Shown in pieces: positions 9,241 to 18,899 of a stretch of DNA of 64,000 nucleotides. How positions within the stretch are numbered: the stretch's first letter is position 1; each line of letters starts with the position of its first letter. The position numbers and the translations under genes are program-made. The notes under the pieces were generated by a model. That model was not told the DNA's origin. It saw nothing but the letters and a program-made list of their open reading frames with translations, and searched no databases. The stretch is from the IMG/VR virus record IMGVR_UViG_3300050821_006672, positions 32,001 to 96,000 of that record. One strand, given 5' to 3'. The DNA is from a virus.

Positions 9241-9465
9241 GTGGGAATCCTGATTACGGGTCTCAACAAAGGCCCCTACCCGCGTAAGAGTTGGATCATT
9301 CTAACTTGTGATGCACGCCACTCTGGATTTCTTGGCGTACCAAATCAGAGATTTGATCAGGACGGCTTCATCAAACAGTATTCTGCCGCGATGAAAGCGG
9401 GTTGGAAAGACACATTTCGTAATGGTGACCGTGTATTTCTTTGTCCCGGTTGTTCAGGAAAATGA
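9241..9465 (+). CDS. small putative Zn-binding protein
   Basis: CDARH...CPGC. Confidence 0.5.
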   Translation: MGILITGLNKGPYPRKSWIILTCDARHSGFLGVPNQRFDQDGFIKQYSAAMKAGWKDTFRNGDRVFLCPGCSGK

Positions 9466-9468
9466 GAG

Positions 9469-10116
9469 ATGGTGAATACGTTCCGTCCAATTCGAGAGCG
9501 TGCAGAGCTGTTGCTTGTTAAGCAAGCCTTGGCCATCAAGGCCGGTTGTGTTTACGCCTTATGCGATAGTAAAGGCTACGCATTCTACGTTGGCAAGACG
9601 ATACGCCCAAAGCGGCGATTTGCTGAACATGTATGGTCTTTGAAAGGAGGTCATGCGAACGTTGCCTTGCACAAGAAGGTAACGGAGCTTGGTGATGATA
9701 TTCGTGTTGCCATATTGACTTACGGTCGGACATCAGAGGAATTAAATAAGTTAGAAAGAGAGAACATTGCCCGCCGTCCCTGGACATTGAATTTGATTGG
9801 AGCGGATCATTGGGCATGGAGTTCCCGTCATGACACCAAGCCTTGGATGGCGGGTACTGGGGTACGAATGCCGTCTCAGTTACTTTTAGAGGGTTGCAGT
9901 AAAGGTTTTCGACAATTCGTTGCTCGTGACCTAAAAAGAATGAATGATGTCGATCGCTGTCGTATGGAAATTGGTATTTTTCAGAAGCTACCATTTTTTA
10001 GACAGAAAAGAGCAGAGAAGTGGTATGCTATAGTATATTGGAAACTCCTTAAATTTGTGGAAGCGGCTGCTAAAGCAGGTATTGGTTATGGCCCAATCAT
10101 TGTTTCTGGGAACTGA
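9469..10116 (+). CDS. GIY-YIG endonuclease (free-standing, homing-type)
   Basis: GCVYAL...FYVGKT...RRFAEH...LE...LN motif; sits immediately upstream of terS. Confidence 0.75.
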   Translation: MVNTFRPIRERAELLLVKQALAIKAGCVYALCDSKGYAFYVGKTIRPKRRFAEHVWSLKGGHANVALHKKVTELGDDIRVAILTYGRTSEELNKLERENIARRPWTLNLIGADHWAWSSRHDTKPWMAGTGVRMPSQLLLEGCSKGFRQFVARDLKRMNDVDRCRMEIGIFQKLPFFRQKRAEKWYAIVYWKLLKFVEAAAKAGIGYGPIIVSGN

Positions 10117-10120
10117 TACC

Positions 10121-10687
10121 ATGGCGGCTCCGAAAGGGAATAAGTTCGCCGTTGGCAATCGTGGTGGTAGTGGTCATCCGTCACAGTATAAGCCGGCTTA
10201 CGCAGATCAAGCTAAAAAAGCCTGTGAGGCCGGCTTCACTGATAGTGAGTTGAGTCAGTTGTTTGGTGTGTCAGAAATGACTATCAATAATTGGAAGTTG
10301 GCTCATAAAGACTTTGCTTTAGCCCTAAACGCTGGAAAGGGTGTTGCTGACAGCCGCGTCGAGCGCAAGTTATATGAGAGAGCTTGCGGATTTTGGGTCA
10401 AGACTGAAAGGTTGTTTGTGCTCAAGGAAGATACCCTCGATAAGAGGGGGAAGGTTGTTGGATCGAAGCAATACGTGCATCACGAGCCAACAAAAGACTA
10501 TTATCCTCCAGAGGTAAGTGCCATGATATGGTGGCAGAAGAACCGCCAGCCCGATAAGTGGCGAGACAAGCACGAGATCGACGGCACGATCCGCAATGAG
10601 CATGTCTTCACCTTCAATATATTTGAGAACGATCTAAGCGCCGGTATGAAGACGATAGAAGGTAAGAAATCGGAGCGCAGACCGTGA
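10121..10687 (+). CDS. terS: terminase small subunit
   Basis: MAAPKGNKFAVGN..., HTH region ELSQLFGVSEMTINNWK, and YYPPEVSAMIWWQKNRQPDKWRDK. Confidence 0.88.
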   Translation: MAAPKGNKFAVGNRGGSGHPSQYKPAYADQAKKACEAGFTDSELSQLFGVSEMTINNWKLAHKDFALALNAGKGVADSRVERKLYERACGFWVKTERLFVLKEDTLDKRGKVVGSKQYVHHEPTKDYYPPEVSAMIWWQKNRQPDKWRDKHEIDGTIRNEHVFTFNIFENDLSAGMKTIEGKKSERRP

Positions 10688-10950
10688 GTGAATTTGAGCA
10701 GGACGCAAAACGCTGGCGTGAGTTCTGCCGCCTTGCATCGTTTCAGCGCGAGGGCTTCAACAGCCGCGACGAAGAGGGATTTACTATTCGTGTCAAGGTT
10801 CCATTGGATTGGGACTTATCGTTCGTCCAGGCAATTGATGCTTCGATAAGAGCGCAGATCGTGAAGAGGATTCTAAATGAAACTGTTGTGGTGGGAACAG
10901 ATAGGGCAGCAACTAGGCCGTCCGATGAAGATGCTGCCGCAGGAACTTGA
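10684..10950 (+). CDS. hypothetical protein
   Basis: GTGA-coupled to terS. Confidence 0.5.
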   Translation: MSEFEQDAKRWREFCRLASFQREGFNSRDEEGFTIRVKVPLDWDLSFVQAIDASIRAQIVKRILNETVVVGTDRAATRPSDEDAAAGT

Positions 10951-11052
10951 AAAGGGAGAGGCGCAGTTCAGGCGCTTCCTGGAAGATCAGGATCAGGCTT
11001 TCCAGATAGCGCTAGCCGATGCGGTGCGGAAGGGATTAGAGAATACGCCCAA

Positions 11053-11484
11053 GTGCCCGAGCCTCGACGAAATATTAAGCTAAATCCGATGCGCGTCTTA
11101 GTCTGTGGGGGTCGCAATTTTAATAACAAGGATTTGGTTGTGCAAACTTTGAATGCGATAGCGGATGAGTTCGAGCTTTGGGCGCCTCCGGACGAATACG
11201 GCAATACGCTTCCTTTAGGCTTAACGATTATTGCTGGAGGGGCTTCTGGCGCCGATCGACTTGCTGCTGAATATGCCGCAGTAAATTGGGCGGGGTATAA
11301 GGAATTTCCTGCCGATTGGGTTAAGTATGGGCGATCGGCCGGTCCCGTCAGAAACCAGCAGATGCTGTTTGAAGGCAAGCCCGATATGGTTGTGGCTTTT
11401 CCAGGAGGACGGGGGACTGCCCATATGGTTACGGTAGCCCGACGAGCAGGCGTCCCCGTTCGTGAGATTGGGACCGATGGCTAG
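11053..11484 (+). CDS. SLOG/YspA (DUF2493)-family nucleotide-binding protein; alternative start at 11089
   Basis: RVLVCGGRNF, GGASGADRLA, YGRSAGPVRNQQML and VVAFPGGRGTAHMV. Confidence 0.85.
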   Translation: MPEPRRNIKLNPMRVLVCGGRNFNNKDLVVQTLNAIADEFELWAPPDEYGNTLPLGLTIIAGGASGADRLAAEYAAVNWAGYKEFPADWVKYGRSAGPVRNQQMLFEGKPDMVVAFPGGRGTAHMVTVARRAGVPVREIGTDG

Positions 11485-11674
11485 CGAAGCTGAGGTTGAG
11501 GCGGCTGCGAAGATTATTGAACGGCTTCTGCCTCGCGATCTTGGTCGTGCAAGGCAATATGCCTCTGCTGTTCTCGAAGCTGCCGAGCGAGTGCGTGAAG
11601 AAGAATTTGCCCGCAAGACTGATTGCGATGAAGCGACTGAGCGTGTTCGCAAGGTGCGCGCCAAGTTTGGTTAA
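11477..11674 (+). CDS. hypothetical protein
   Basis: MASEAEVEAAA...; the stop overlaps the terL ATG (TAATG). Confidence 0.5.
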   Translation: MASEAEVEAAAKIIERLLPRDLGRARQYASAVLEAAERVREEEFARKTDCDEATERVRKVRAKFG

Positions 11675-13005
11675 TGCCAGAACCGCGCCGTAATATTAAG
11701 CTGAGCTACACTCAGCCCTATCTCTATCCGAAGCAGAAAGCGGCGATATTTGATGCGCACCGTATCTCCGTTATCGAAGCTTCCACGAAGTCGGGCAAGA
11801 CCTCGGGATGCATCGTTTGGCTGCTTGAACAGGCTTTCGCAGGTAAATCAGGACAGAATTATTGGTGGGTAGCGCCGATCTCCCGAGTAGCACGTATCGC
11901 TTTTACCCGAGCCATGCGGGCTATGAACAAGGACCTGTACGTTGCCAACCTGGGAGATCACACTCTTACTCTTGTTAATGGGGCCATCGTTTGGTTTCTT
12001 GGCGCTGACAATCCTGATTCCCTCTTTGGTGAAGATGTTCACGCGGCGGTCATTGACGAAGCCTCCCGAATGAAGGCAAGCGCCTTCCATGCTATTTACA
12101 CGACGCTTACGGCGACCCGAGGCAGGCTGAGAATTATCGGAAACGTGAAAGGCCGGCAGAACTGGTTCCACGAAAAGGCGAGGTACGCCCAGCAAGGGAA
12201 AGACCCAGAATATGCCTACCACAAGATCATCTCGCACGACGCAATCGAAGCCCACGTCCTTACCGAGGACACTGTCGAAGCAGCAAAGCGTTCCTTGCCT
12301 GACTCAGTATTTCGTGAGCTCTACCTCGCGGAGGCTAGTGATGATCAGGGAAATCCCTTCGGAATTGAGGCAATCCGAAAATGCATTGGTCCTATGTCTA
12401 CGGCCAAGCCTGAAGTGTGGGGTTGGGACTTAGCCAAGAGCCACGATTGGACGGTGGGGATTGGGCTAGATAGTGAAGGTCGGGTATGTCGGTTCGAGCG
12501 CTGGCAGTCTCCTTGGGAAGCTACCCATCTACGTATAACTGGCCTTACGATGAGAGTGAGGGCATTGGTCGATAGCACAGGCGTAGGAGATCCCATCGTG
12601 GAACGCCTCCAGAAGGTTGTTGGATCGAAATACGAAGGCTACAAGTTCACGGCAGGTAGCAAGCAGCAGCTTATGGAGGGGTTAGCGGTCGCGATTCAGA
12701 CTAAGGCGATTACGTTTCCTCCCGGCCCGATCGTTGAAGAACTAGAGGTTTTCGAATACACCTACACGGGGCACGGTGCTTCTAGGAATGTGAATGATGA
12801 AGAGTTTGAGCCAAAAGGCCACGGTATTCGCTATAGTGCTCCTGATGGTTATGACGATGATTGTGTTATGGCGCTTGCCCTTGCTGTCTATCATCGCTCT
12901 CATTCCGTGCCGCGCTTGCATGTGACGCGCGATATTGTCAATAAGTCGAAGCTGCGGGTATTTGGTAATCAAGGCTTTCATATCTCTCAGATGGGGAGAT
13001 GGTAA
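11674..13005 (+). CDS. terL: terminase large subunit
   Basis: LYPKQ Q-motif, ASTKSGKT Walker A, VIDEAS Walker B, and nuclease motifs GWDLAKSHD, VDSTGVG and DDCVMALALA. Confidence 0.95.
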   Translation: MPEPRRNIKLSYTQPYLYPKQKAAIFDAHRISVIEASTKSGKTSGCIVWLLEQAFAGKSGQNYWWVAPISRVARIAFTRAMRAMNKDLYVANLGDHTLTLVNGAIVWFLGADNPDSLFGEDVHAAVIDEASRMKASAFHAIYTTLTATRGRLRIIGNVKGRQNWFHEKARYAQQGKDPEYAYHKIISHDAIEAHVLTEDTVEAAKRSLPDSVFRELYLAEASDDQGNPFGIEAIRKCIGPMSTAKPEVWGWDLAKSHDWTVGIGLDSEGRVCRFERWQSPWEATHLRITGLTMRVRALVDSTGVGDPIVERLQKVVGSKYEGYKFTAGSKQQLMEGLAVAIQTKAITFPPGPIVEELEVFEYTYTGHGASRNVNDEEFEPKGHGIRYSAPDGYDDDCVMALALAVYHRSHSVPRLHVTRDIVNKSKLRVFGNQGFHISQMGRW

Positions 13006-13169
13006 TGTCAGAAATCTGGCTAGCGGATTTGGAAGCCCGGTTAGTACAGCAGGAGAGAATTACAGAGCAATTGTTGACCACGATTGAATACCTGAATATA
13101 AGCGTAGCAAATTTGGACAAAGCCTTGCAGCTGTTGCTGAAGCGGCAAACTGCTGATCTGCCTAACTGA
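13005..13169 (+). CDS. small coiled-coil protein, weakly SlyX-like
   Basis: Hand-translated 54 aa MSEIWLADLEARLVQQERITEQLL..., coupled to terL (TAATG). Confidence 0.4.
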   Translation: MSEIWLADLEARLVQQERITEQLLTTIEYLNISVANLDKALQLLLKRQTADLPN

Positions 13170-13183
13170 AGGAAACTTTGGAT

Positions 13184-13975
13184 ATGACCTACAGACTTCG
13201 CCAACTCGATCGCGATCCCGGTAAATCTGTATCTCCGATAGGAGGACGTTTCGGCGGACGTGCGAGCGAGAAATCTGGCCAGCGTGATAGTGCAGTGGCG
13301 ATGGATGAGTGGTCTCCTGAGGCAAGGGAGGCTGCTGCAAAGGCTCGTGGGTCAAAGTCGAATTTTTCAACCCGACATCCCGAGGCAGTTAGCCATTCTG
13401 AGCATCAAGCGATGGTTCAGAAGATGAATCGGGAAATGTCTCAGCGTAAAGCCTTGAAAGCTGGAGGCAAAGATGCCCAAGGCTCCTCCGAACTCGAAAA
13501 CGAATACAACGAGGGCACCGACGAATACCGCGACGAAGCTGCCGAAGCCGCTGCGGAATCTCGCGGCCGTCAAGATGATCGTGAGCAGGTAGCGACTGGT
13601 CCCACTAACGAATTCAGGGAACCAGTAGGTATCGCCGATGCGCGGACAAGGCGCTTTGGTGGTCGCGGCTCGGATAAGGCGGGTGGGAGGGATGTAGAGT
13701 TTTCAAGGGAAACCCACGCTAAGCTTGCCAAGCATTTTGAGGAAATGGCCGCAAAGTCGCAGAACTATCCAGACGCGCAGAAGAGGCATAAAGAGTTAGC
13801 TGAGCATAATAGGAGAAAAGCGGAAGAATTGGGTCGCGATCTTGCTATGGACCCGCTGGAGAAAGGCTCTGGCAAAGAAACGATTTCGCACAACATTAGC
13901 GAGATGGTACACAGCGGCCATCCACAGAACCAGGCTATTGCTGCCGCGATGCATTCTGCGGGCAAGTCGCGCTAG
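13184..13975 (+). CDS. charged modular protein, probable internal head protein
   Basis: Short modules separated by AMD/GRD/GKD motifs, including DEWSPEAREAAAKARG and PLEKGSGKETISHNISEMVHSGHPQNQAIAAA. Confidence 0.65.
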   Translation: MTYRLRQLDRDPGKSVSPIGGRFGGRASEKSGQRDSAVAMDEWSPEAREAAAKARGSKSNFSTRHPEAVSHSEHQAMVQKMNREMSQRKALKAGGKDAQGSSELENEYNEGTDEYRDEAAEAAAESRGRQDDREQVATGPTNEFREPVGIADARTRRFGGRGSDKAGGRDVEFSRETHAKLAKHFEEMAAKSQNYPDAQKRHKELAEHNRRKAEELGRDLAMDPLEKGSGKETISHNISEMVHSGHPQNQAIAAAMHSAGKSR

Positions 13976-14637
13976 TGACTATTTCAATTACTGCTATCGG
14001 TACCGGAACCACCTCCATCTCCATAGGCGCGGGCGGTGTGCCTGCCGGATCGCAAATTGTTCTTTGTTGCTGCGATGATGGAAACGGGAGCATTGCGCAA
14101 GCTACCGTTACAGACACAGCAGGGAACACCTACGTCTCGGTTACAGGCTCGACGCTGGCTGCTCCTTACGTTGATATCATTCGTGCCCGCACAGGTCTCG
14201 CTCTAGTTAACGGCAATACGATAACCTACACGCGTAGCAGTGGCGGAACGCATTCCAACATTGAAGCCTTCTACGCAACTGGCCTCGCTAATGTCGTTGC
14301 TCAGGCTCAAGCTACGAATAGTGGAATAGCTGGAGCGTCGCCTACAGTGACTTCAGGAACTCCTAACGATGTAGGCTTCTTGTTTGTGGGAGTAGTGGGT
14401 GGTTCTGCTGCTATTTCATCCTTCACTCAAGATAGTACAAATGCGGCTTGGGGCTCTCCCCCAGGACAAGTATCGATTGCATTGCCCCCGCTGGGGGGCG
14501 GTACTGTGATTAATAGCAACAAGTCGGCGTTGACATATAATCCTGCTTTTGGAACGCCTACGAATTGGGGTGCGGTGATCACCGCTCTGCGCGGCGAGTT
14601 TACAGATATGACCAGCCGCGCTTTAATGATGTCCTGA
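13975..14637 (+). CDS. G/S/T/A-rich putative virion decoration or fibre protein
   Basis: Beta-rich, low-charge composition; located in the head module. Confidence 0.55.
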   Translation: MTISITAIGTGTTSISIGAGGVPAGSQIVLCCCDDGNGSIAQATVTDTAGNTYVSVTGSTLAAPYVDIIRARTGLALVNGNTITYTRSSGGTHSNIEAFYATGLANVVAQAQATNSGIAGASPTVTSGTPNDVGFLFVGVVGGSAAISSFTQDSTNAAWGSPPGQVSIALPPLGGGTVINSNKSALTYNPAFGTPTNWGAVITALRGEFTDMTSRALMMS

Positions 14638-14638
14638 G

Positions 14639-16273
14639 ATGCTCGACCGCGTAACTAAGCCAAAACCCATACGTAACGCTTCACCTAAGAGGGTGAAAGT
14701 TACTCCATGGATAGTCGCGCGAGATAGGCTCCACGCTAATCTGCTTAAGCAGCGCGAGCGCAGGCAGTCTAGTCAAACTAAGTTATTCGAGCCCGCACCT
14801 AACATCTTTCCTCCCGAGGTCGGACCAAAGGTTGCTCCCAATATGCCTAAGCTGGCGATGGACGACAATATGTCGTCTACGCTGTCGTGGGCGCAGAATG
14901 CGATACAGTCTACATTTGCGGAAGGCTTGACATTCCTCGGCTACGCTTTCCTTGCACAGCTTGCTCAACGTCCAGAATATCGCCGAGCCGCCGAAATCCT
15001 TGCGGAGGAGATGACTCGCAAATGGATCAAGCTGCAATCGGTAAGCGACGATATCGACAAGACGGATCGCATCAAAATACTCACCGATGTCATTGATAAG
15101 TTCAAGATCAAAGATCATTTCCGCAAGCTCGCCGAACAAGATAACTATTTTGGTCGCGCGCATCTCTACGTTGATCTTAAAGGAGCGAAAGACGACCACG
15201 ACGAGCTGAAGACCTCGATTGGTACGGGCCGCGACGATACATCTAAGCTCAAAGTCGGTCAGGGGAGTTTGCTAGGCTTTAAATGCGTTGAGGCTGTGTG
15301 GTGTTATCCGACTACTTACGACTCCTACGATCCACTAGCGGGCGATTGGTACAATCCCACTCTGTGGTACGTAATGGCGAGGCCTATTCATGCCACCCGA
15401 CTTCTCAAATTTGTCTGCCGAGAGGTCCCCGACCTCCTCAAGCCCGCTTACGCTTTTGGAGGGTTGTCGCTTTCGCAGATGGGCAAACCTTATGTCGATA
15501 ATTGGCTTAGAACGAGACAGAGTATTGCCGATCTTATCCACTCATTCTCCGTATTTGTTCTTAAGACCAACTTATCTTCGTCTCTCCAAGACGGAGGCGA
15601 AGAGTTCTTCGAGCGATTGAACCTCTTCGTATCCAACCGCGATAACCAAGGCGTGATGGCGATCGATAAGGATACGGAGGATTTTGGTAATGTCTCGGCC
15701 TCGATTGCTGGCCTCGAAGGACTGCAGGCGCAGACGCAGGAACATCTGTGCGCGGTTTGGGGTATCCCCGCTATCAAATACCTCAACATCCAGCCAGCGG
15801 GCTTTAATGCAAGTTCCGAGGGTGAAATCCGAACGTTCTACGATACCATCTTGGCTTTGCAAGAGCGTTTCTTCCGACCTAACTTGACGCGGGTACTCGA
15901 TTTCATAATGCTCCATCTGTGGGGCGAGGTCGATCAGGAGATTACATTTGCGTTCGAACCGCTATGGTCGCTCGATGAAGAGCGTATGGCGGCTAAGCGC
16001 AAGACAGAGGCGGATACGGATGTAGCGCTTATGGATGCGTCCGTACTTTCTCCGGAAGAAATACGTAAGCGCGTAGCGGCTGATCCCAATTCTCCTTACT
16101 CGTCGATTGACGTAGACGACTTGCCTGAGCCGCCTGCTGAGGAAGGGATGGGAGGCGAAATGGAGGGAGAAGGTGGTGAAGAAACCGAAAACTCTGAGGC
16201 CCCTTCATCCGAACACAGGGATCGAGGCGGCGTATCGCAAGAAGATAATGGCCCTAGTAGAAGAGATGAATGA
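14639..16273 (+). CDS. portal protein (DUF1073 type)
   Basis: FLGYAFLAQLAQRPEYR, IHATRLL, YAFGGLSLSQ, GFNASSEGEIRTFYD and FEPLW; positioned after terL. Confidence 0.92.
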   Translation: MLDRVTKPKPIRNASPKRVKVTPWIVARDRLHANLLKQRERRQSSQTKLFEPAPNIFPPEVGPKVAPNMPKLAMDDNMSSTLSWAQNAIQSTFAEGLTFLGYAFLAQLAQRPEYRRAAEILAEEMTRKWIKLQSVSDDIDKTDRIKILTDVIDKFKIKDHFRKLAEQDNYFGRAHLYVDLKGAKDDHDELKTSIGTGRDDTSKLKVGQGSLLGFKCVEAVWCYPTTYDSYDPLAGDWYNPTLWYVMARPIHATRLLKFVCREVPDLLKPAYAFGGLSLSQMGKPYVDNWLRTRQSIADLIHSFSVFVLKTNLSSSLQDGGEEFFERLNLFVSNRDNQGVMAIDKDTEDFGNVSASIAGLEGLQAQTQEHLCAVWGIPAIKYLNIQPAGFNASSEGEIRTFYDTILALQERFFRPNLTRVLDFIMLHLWGEVDQEITFAFEPLWSLDEERMAAKRKTEADTDVALMDASVLSPEEIRKRVAADPNSPYSSIDVDDLPEPPAEEGMGGEMEGEGGEETENSEAPSSEHRDRGGVSQEDNGPSRRDE

Positions 16274-16961
16274 CTCTATCCGACATTGGCTTGAGGCTTC
16301 TTATCGCAAGAATGAGCCAATACTGGCGCAGGATGCCTTGCCGGCAAACAAGCTGCGCAAGACTAGGCAAGAGTTGCGCAAGCGCTGGGAGAAGCGTTTC
16401 GATGATATGGCGCCGAAGCTGGCTGAGTATTTTGCGAAGACTGTTTCACGTCGTTCGGATTCGACGCTCCAACGTATCTTCAACCAAGGCGGCGTGTCCG
16501 TTAAGTTCAAGGCAACAAAGGCGCAGAACGATGTATTACAAGCCTCGGTACATGAGAATGTATCTCTTATCCGATCGATACCAGCGCGACATCTGGACGA
16601 GATTGAGGGCTTGGTAATGCGTTCGGTACAGCAAGGCCGTAACCTGGGCGAGTTGAGCAAGGAGCTAAACAAGCGTTTTGGAGTAACGAGGCGTAGGGCG
16701 GCTCTTATCGCGCGAGATCAAAACAATAAGGCTAGCGCCAGCTTCCATCGTGTAAGACAGCTTGAGTTAGGAATAACTCGCGCTTTGTGGGTTCACAGCG
16801 GCGGTGGTAAGCATCCTCGTCCTACTCATGTAAAAAATAATGGCAAATCTTTCGACGTAGCCAAGGGATGGCTCGACCCTGCTATCGGCAAGCGCATATG
16901 GCCTGGTACTGAAATTCAATGCAGATGCGTCAGCCGCGCAGTAGTTCCTGGATTTAGTTGA
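16173..16961 (+). CDS. head morphogenesis protein (Mu gpF/SPP1 gp7-like)
   Basis: RRAALIARDQNNK, WVHSGGGKHPRPTH and PGTEIQCRC. Confidence 0.9.
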   Translation: MVKKPKTLRPLHPNTGIEAAYRKKIMALVEEMNDSIRHWLEASYRKNEPILAQDALPANKLRKTRQELRKRWEKRFDDMAPKLAEYFAKTVSRRSDSTLQRIFNQGGVSVKFKATKAQNDVLQASVHENVSLIRSIPARHLDEIEGLVMRSVQQGRNLGELSKELNKRFGVTRRRAALIARDQNNKASASFHRVRQLELGITRALWVHSGGGKHPRPTHVKNNGKSFDVAKGWLDPAIGKRIWPGTEIQCRCVSRAVVPGFS

Positions 16962-17770
16962 TGCCTGGCGGCTATCCCTTTGGTATAGAGTGCTGTAATG
17001 CGCAGGACGTGGGCACGATATCCAGCGGCTCGGTTGGAACGTCCGTTACTTGCGGTACGGCAAACGTCAAGGGCGGCTGGACACAGCTTATCTCGTCTTT
17101 AGGCGCCGATTGTTGCTGGACAGTAGTAGAATTGGCCTGCTTATCGCTTGCCAAAAGCGTGTTGGTGGACATCGGTATTGGCAGTCTTAATAATGAACAG
17201 CCTGTAGTAAACAATTTATGGTTTAGAAGCCCGGCTGGGGTTGGATCAATTGATGTTGTTAAGTACTGTTTCCCTCTACAAATACCCTCGGGCTCTCGGA
17301 TATCTGTAAGAGGTCAGTCGAATACTGCGGCACAGGTATTTACAGCGAAGATGTCCTGCTATGATGGCGCTTTTACTATGATGGAGGGCGCTGCTAGGAT
17401 CGATATGGTAGGGGTCAGTACCGCCACCAGCAGTGGTACTGCAGTTATGCCAAACGCAACGGCTAACACGAAAGGGAGCTTTGCCCAATTAATCCTTTCC
17501 ACAACTAAGGACTATTGTGGACTAATTGTGGTAGTAGGTTTGATAGGTACAGTATCAACTGATTACCTTTTCGATATTGCTATTGGAGGGGCTGGTAGCG
17601 AACAAGTAATTATTCCAAATATACACGGAATGCCGCAGACCTCTGCCCCTATGATGACCGTTTTTGTGCCAATCCCTGTACCGAGTGGGTCGAGACTATC
17701 GGCTAGAGCCCAGGCAAATGGAGCTTCTGCTGCCAACTGTCAAATTGCGGCGGGAGGGATTTATATATGA
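16958..17770 (+). CDS. putative virion protein with a two-fold internal repeat
   Basis: TANVKGGWTQL...DIGIG...IPSGSRISVRGQ is repeated as TANTKGSFAQL...DIAIG...VPSGSRLSARAQ. Confidence 0.6.
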   Translation: MMPGGYPFGIECCNAQDVGTISSGSVGTSVTCGTANVKGGWTQLISSLGADCCWTVVELACLSLAKSVLVDIGIGSLNNEQPVVNNLWFRSPAGVGSIDVVKYCFPLQIPSGSRISVRGQSNTAAQVFTAKMSCYDGAFTMMEGAARIDMVGVSTATSSGTAVMPNATANTKGSFAQLILSTTKDYCGLIVVVGLIGTVSTDYLFDIAIGGAGSEQVIIPNIHGMPQTSAPMMTVFVPIPVPSGSRLSARAQANGASAANCQIAAGGIYI

Positions 17771-18096
17771 CTTGGACACTCTCCCAAAGCGGTACTACAT
17801 CGGCGCTTTCCATAGGCGTCGAAACAACTTTGGCTACAGATACCAATAACGCTACATTTGTGTTGGAGGTGGATACGAGCAATCTGACGCTTGGGGATGA
17901 ATTGGAGATACGTATTTACACCATTATGTTGGGTGGGGGTTCTCTTACTCAGGCGTGGAAGGGTGCGTACCAACACGCACAGATAAATAACCACAAGATC
18001 AGCCCCCCAGTTGCTAGTGACCAGTCGATTAAGTGTACGCTTAACCAGACGGCTGGGACTGGACGAACGTTTGCTTGGAAGATGTTGAGAATATAG
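17767..18096 (+). CDS. putative small virion protein
   Basis: 109 aa, beta-rich, ATGA-coupled. Confidence 0.55.
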   Translation: MTWTLSQSGTTSALSIGVETTLATDTNNATFVLEVDTSNLTLGDELEIRIYTIMLGGGSLTQAWKGAYQHAQINNHKISPPVASDQSIKCTLNQTAGTGRTFAWKMLRI

Positions 18097-18101
18097 CGAA
18101 G

Positions 18102-18251
18102 ATGTTCAATTTACAGAATTACGGACTGACTACGGAATTGCCAGCTGCTAGTACTTCTTCGAATACTTACGCTCAGGGATTTTTCATGGTCCCATGCTTA
18201 ACTTGGTTTGTGTTGTGGATTAGCGTCGTGGGTGCGGGCGTATGGCTCTGA
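18102..18251 (+). CDS. possible small membrane protein (49 aa)
   Basis: Hand-translated MFNLQNYGLTTE...CLTWFVLWISVVGAGVWL; fills the intergenic gap. Confidence 0.35.
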   Translation: MFNLQNYGLTTELPAASTSSNTYAQGFFMVPCLTWFVLWISVVGAGVWL

Positions 18252-18898
18252 TATTTAGAGGAGGGGGTTTTATTCCTCCAGCAATTGCGGGTGGCCTTGT
18301 TGTATTAGATGCTGTCGGTACTGTAACTCAGCATACAACAACTTATACTGGAATGACAGTTGGTTCTGGGTTAGTTGGTGGTGCACTGGTAATTGTGATA
18401 AATACTGCGACAGCTCAAACGGTTACGTCTGTCCCTGTGTGGGGTTCACAGACAATGACGTTGATAGGCTCCGTAAATCTTGGTAATGTTGGGGTAACTG
18501 GCGCAACAACATACATGTATGGATTATTAAATCCCCAGTCTGGTAATCAAACTGTGACGTATGCATTAACTGGTAACAACGCTAGTGTTTGTGGCATCTC
18601 ATTCAGCGGAGTCAATTCGGTATTTGGAACAGCGTTCCAACACTATAATTCTAACGGTGCTATTGCGTCGTCAATTTCTACGTCCATTGTGAGTGCTACC
18701 AACCATATGGTTTTGGGTGTGGCTGGAGACCCGCAAAACAGCATCAACACCATTTCTGGTACGCAAAAATGGCTTAGCAATGCTTTCATTGTTGATACTG
18801 CAGGCTGTATCAATCCGGGTGCGGCCAGTGTCAATGTTTCAGCAACATTCAGTGCGGCAGATCAAGTCGGCGTAGCTGGTGTGGACATAAGCTTCTAG
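18242..18898 (+). CDS. G/S/T/V-rich putative virion decoration protein
   Basis: Composition and context; locally lower GC. Confidence 0.55.
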   Translation: MALIFRGGGFIPPAIAGGLVVLDAVGTVTQHTTTYTGMTVGSGLVGGALVIVINTATAQTVTSVPVWGSQTMTLIGSVNLGNVGVTGATTYMYGLLNPQSGNQTVTYALTGNNASVCGISFSGVNSVFGTAFQHYNSNGAIASSISTSIVSATNHMVLGVAGDPQNSINTISGTQKWLSNAFIVDTAGCINPGAASVNVSATFSAADQVGVAGVDISF

Positions 18899-18899
18899 G

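Noticed and set aside
14639-16273. Anti-CBASS Acb1 label sometimes attached to DUF1073 proteins
   Set aside because: Position, size and motifs indicate the portal; no 2H-phosphoesterase HxT motif pair was recognised.
18200-18245. Other GT-rich stretches (18200-18245, ~40900-40960, ~51355-51420) as extra pentamer arrays
   Set aside because: They show no sustained 5-nt phase and are better explained by hydrophobic-residue codons of small ORFs.
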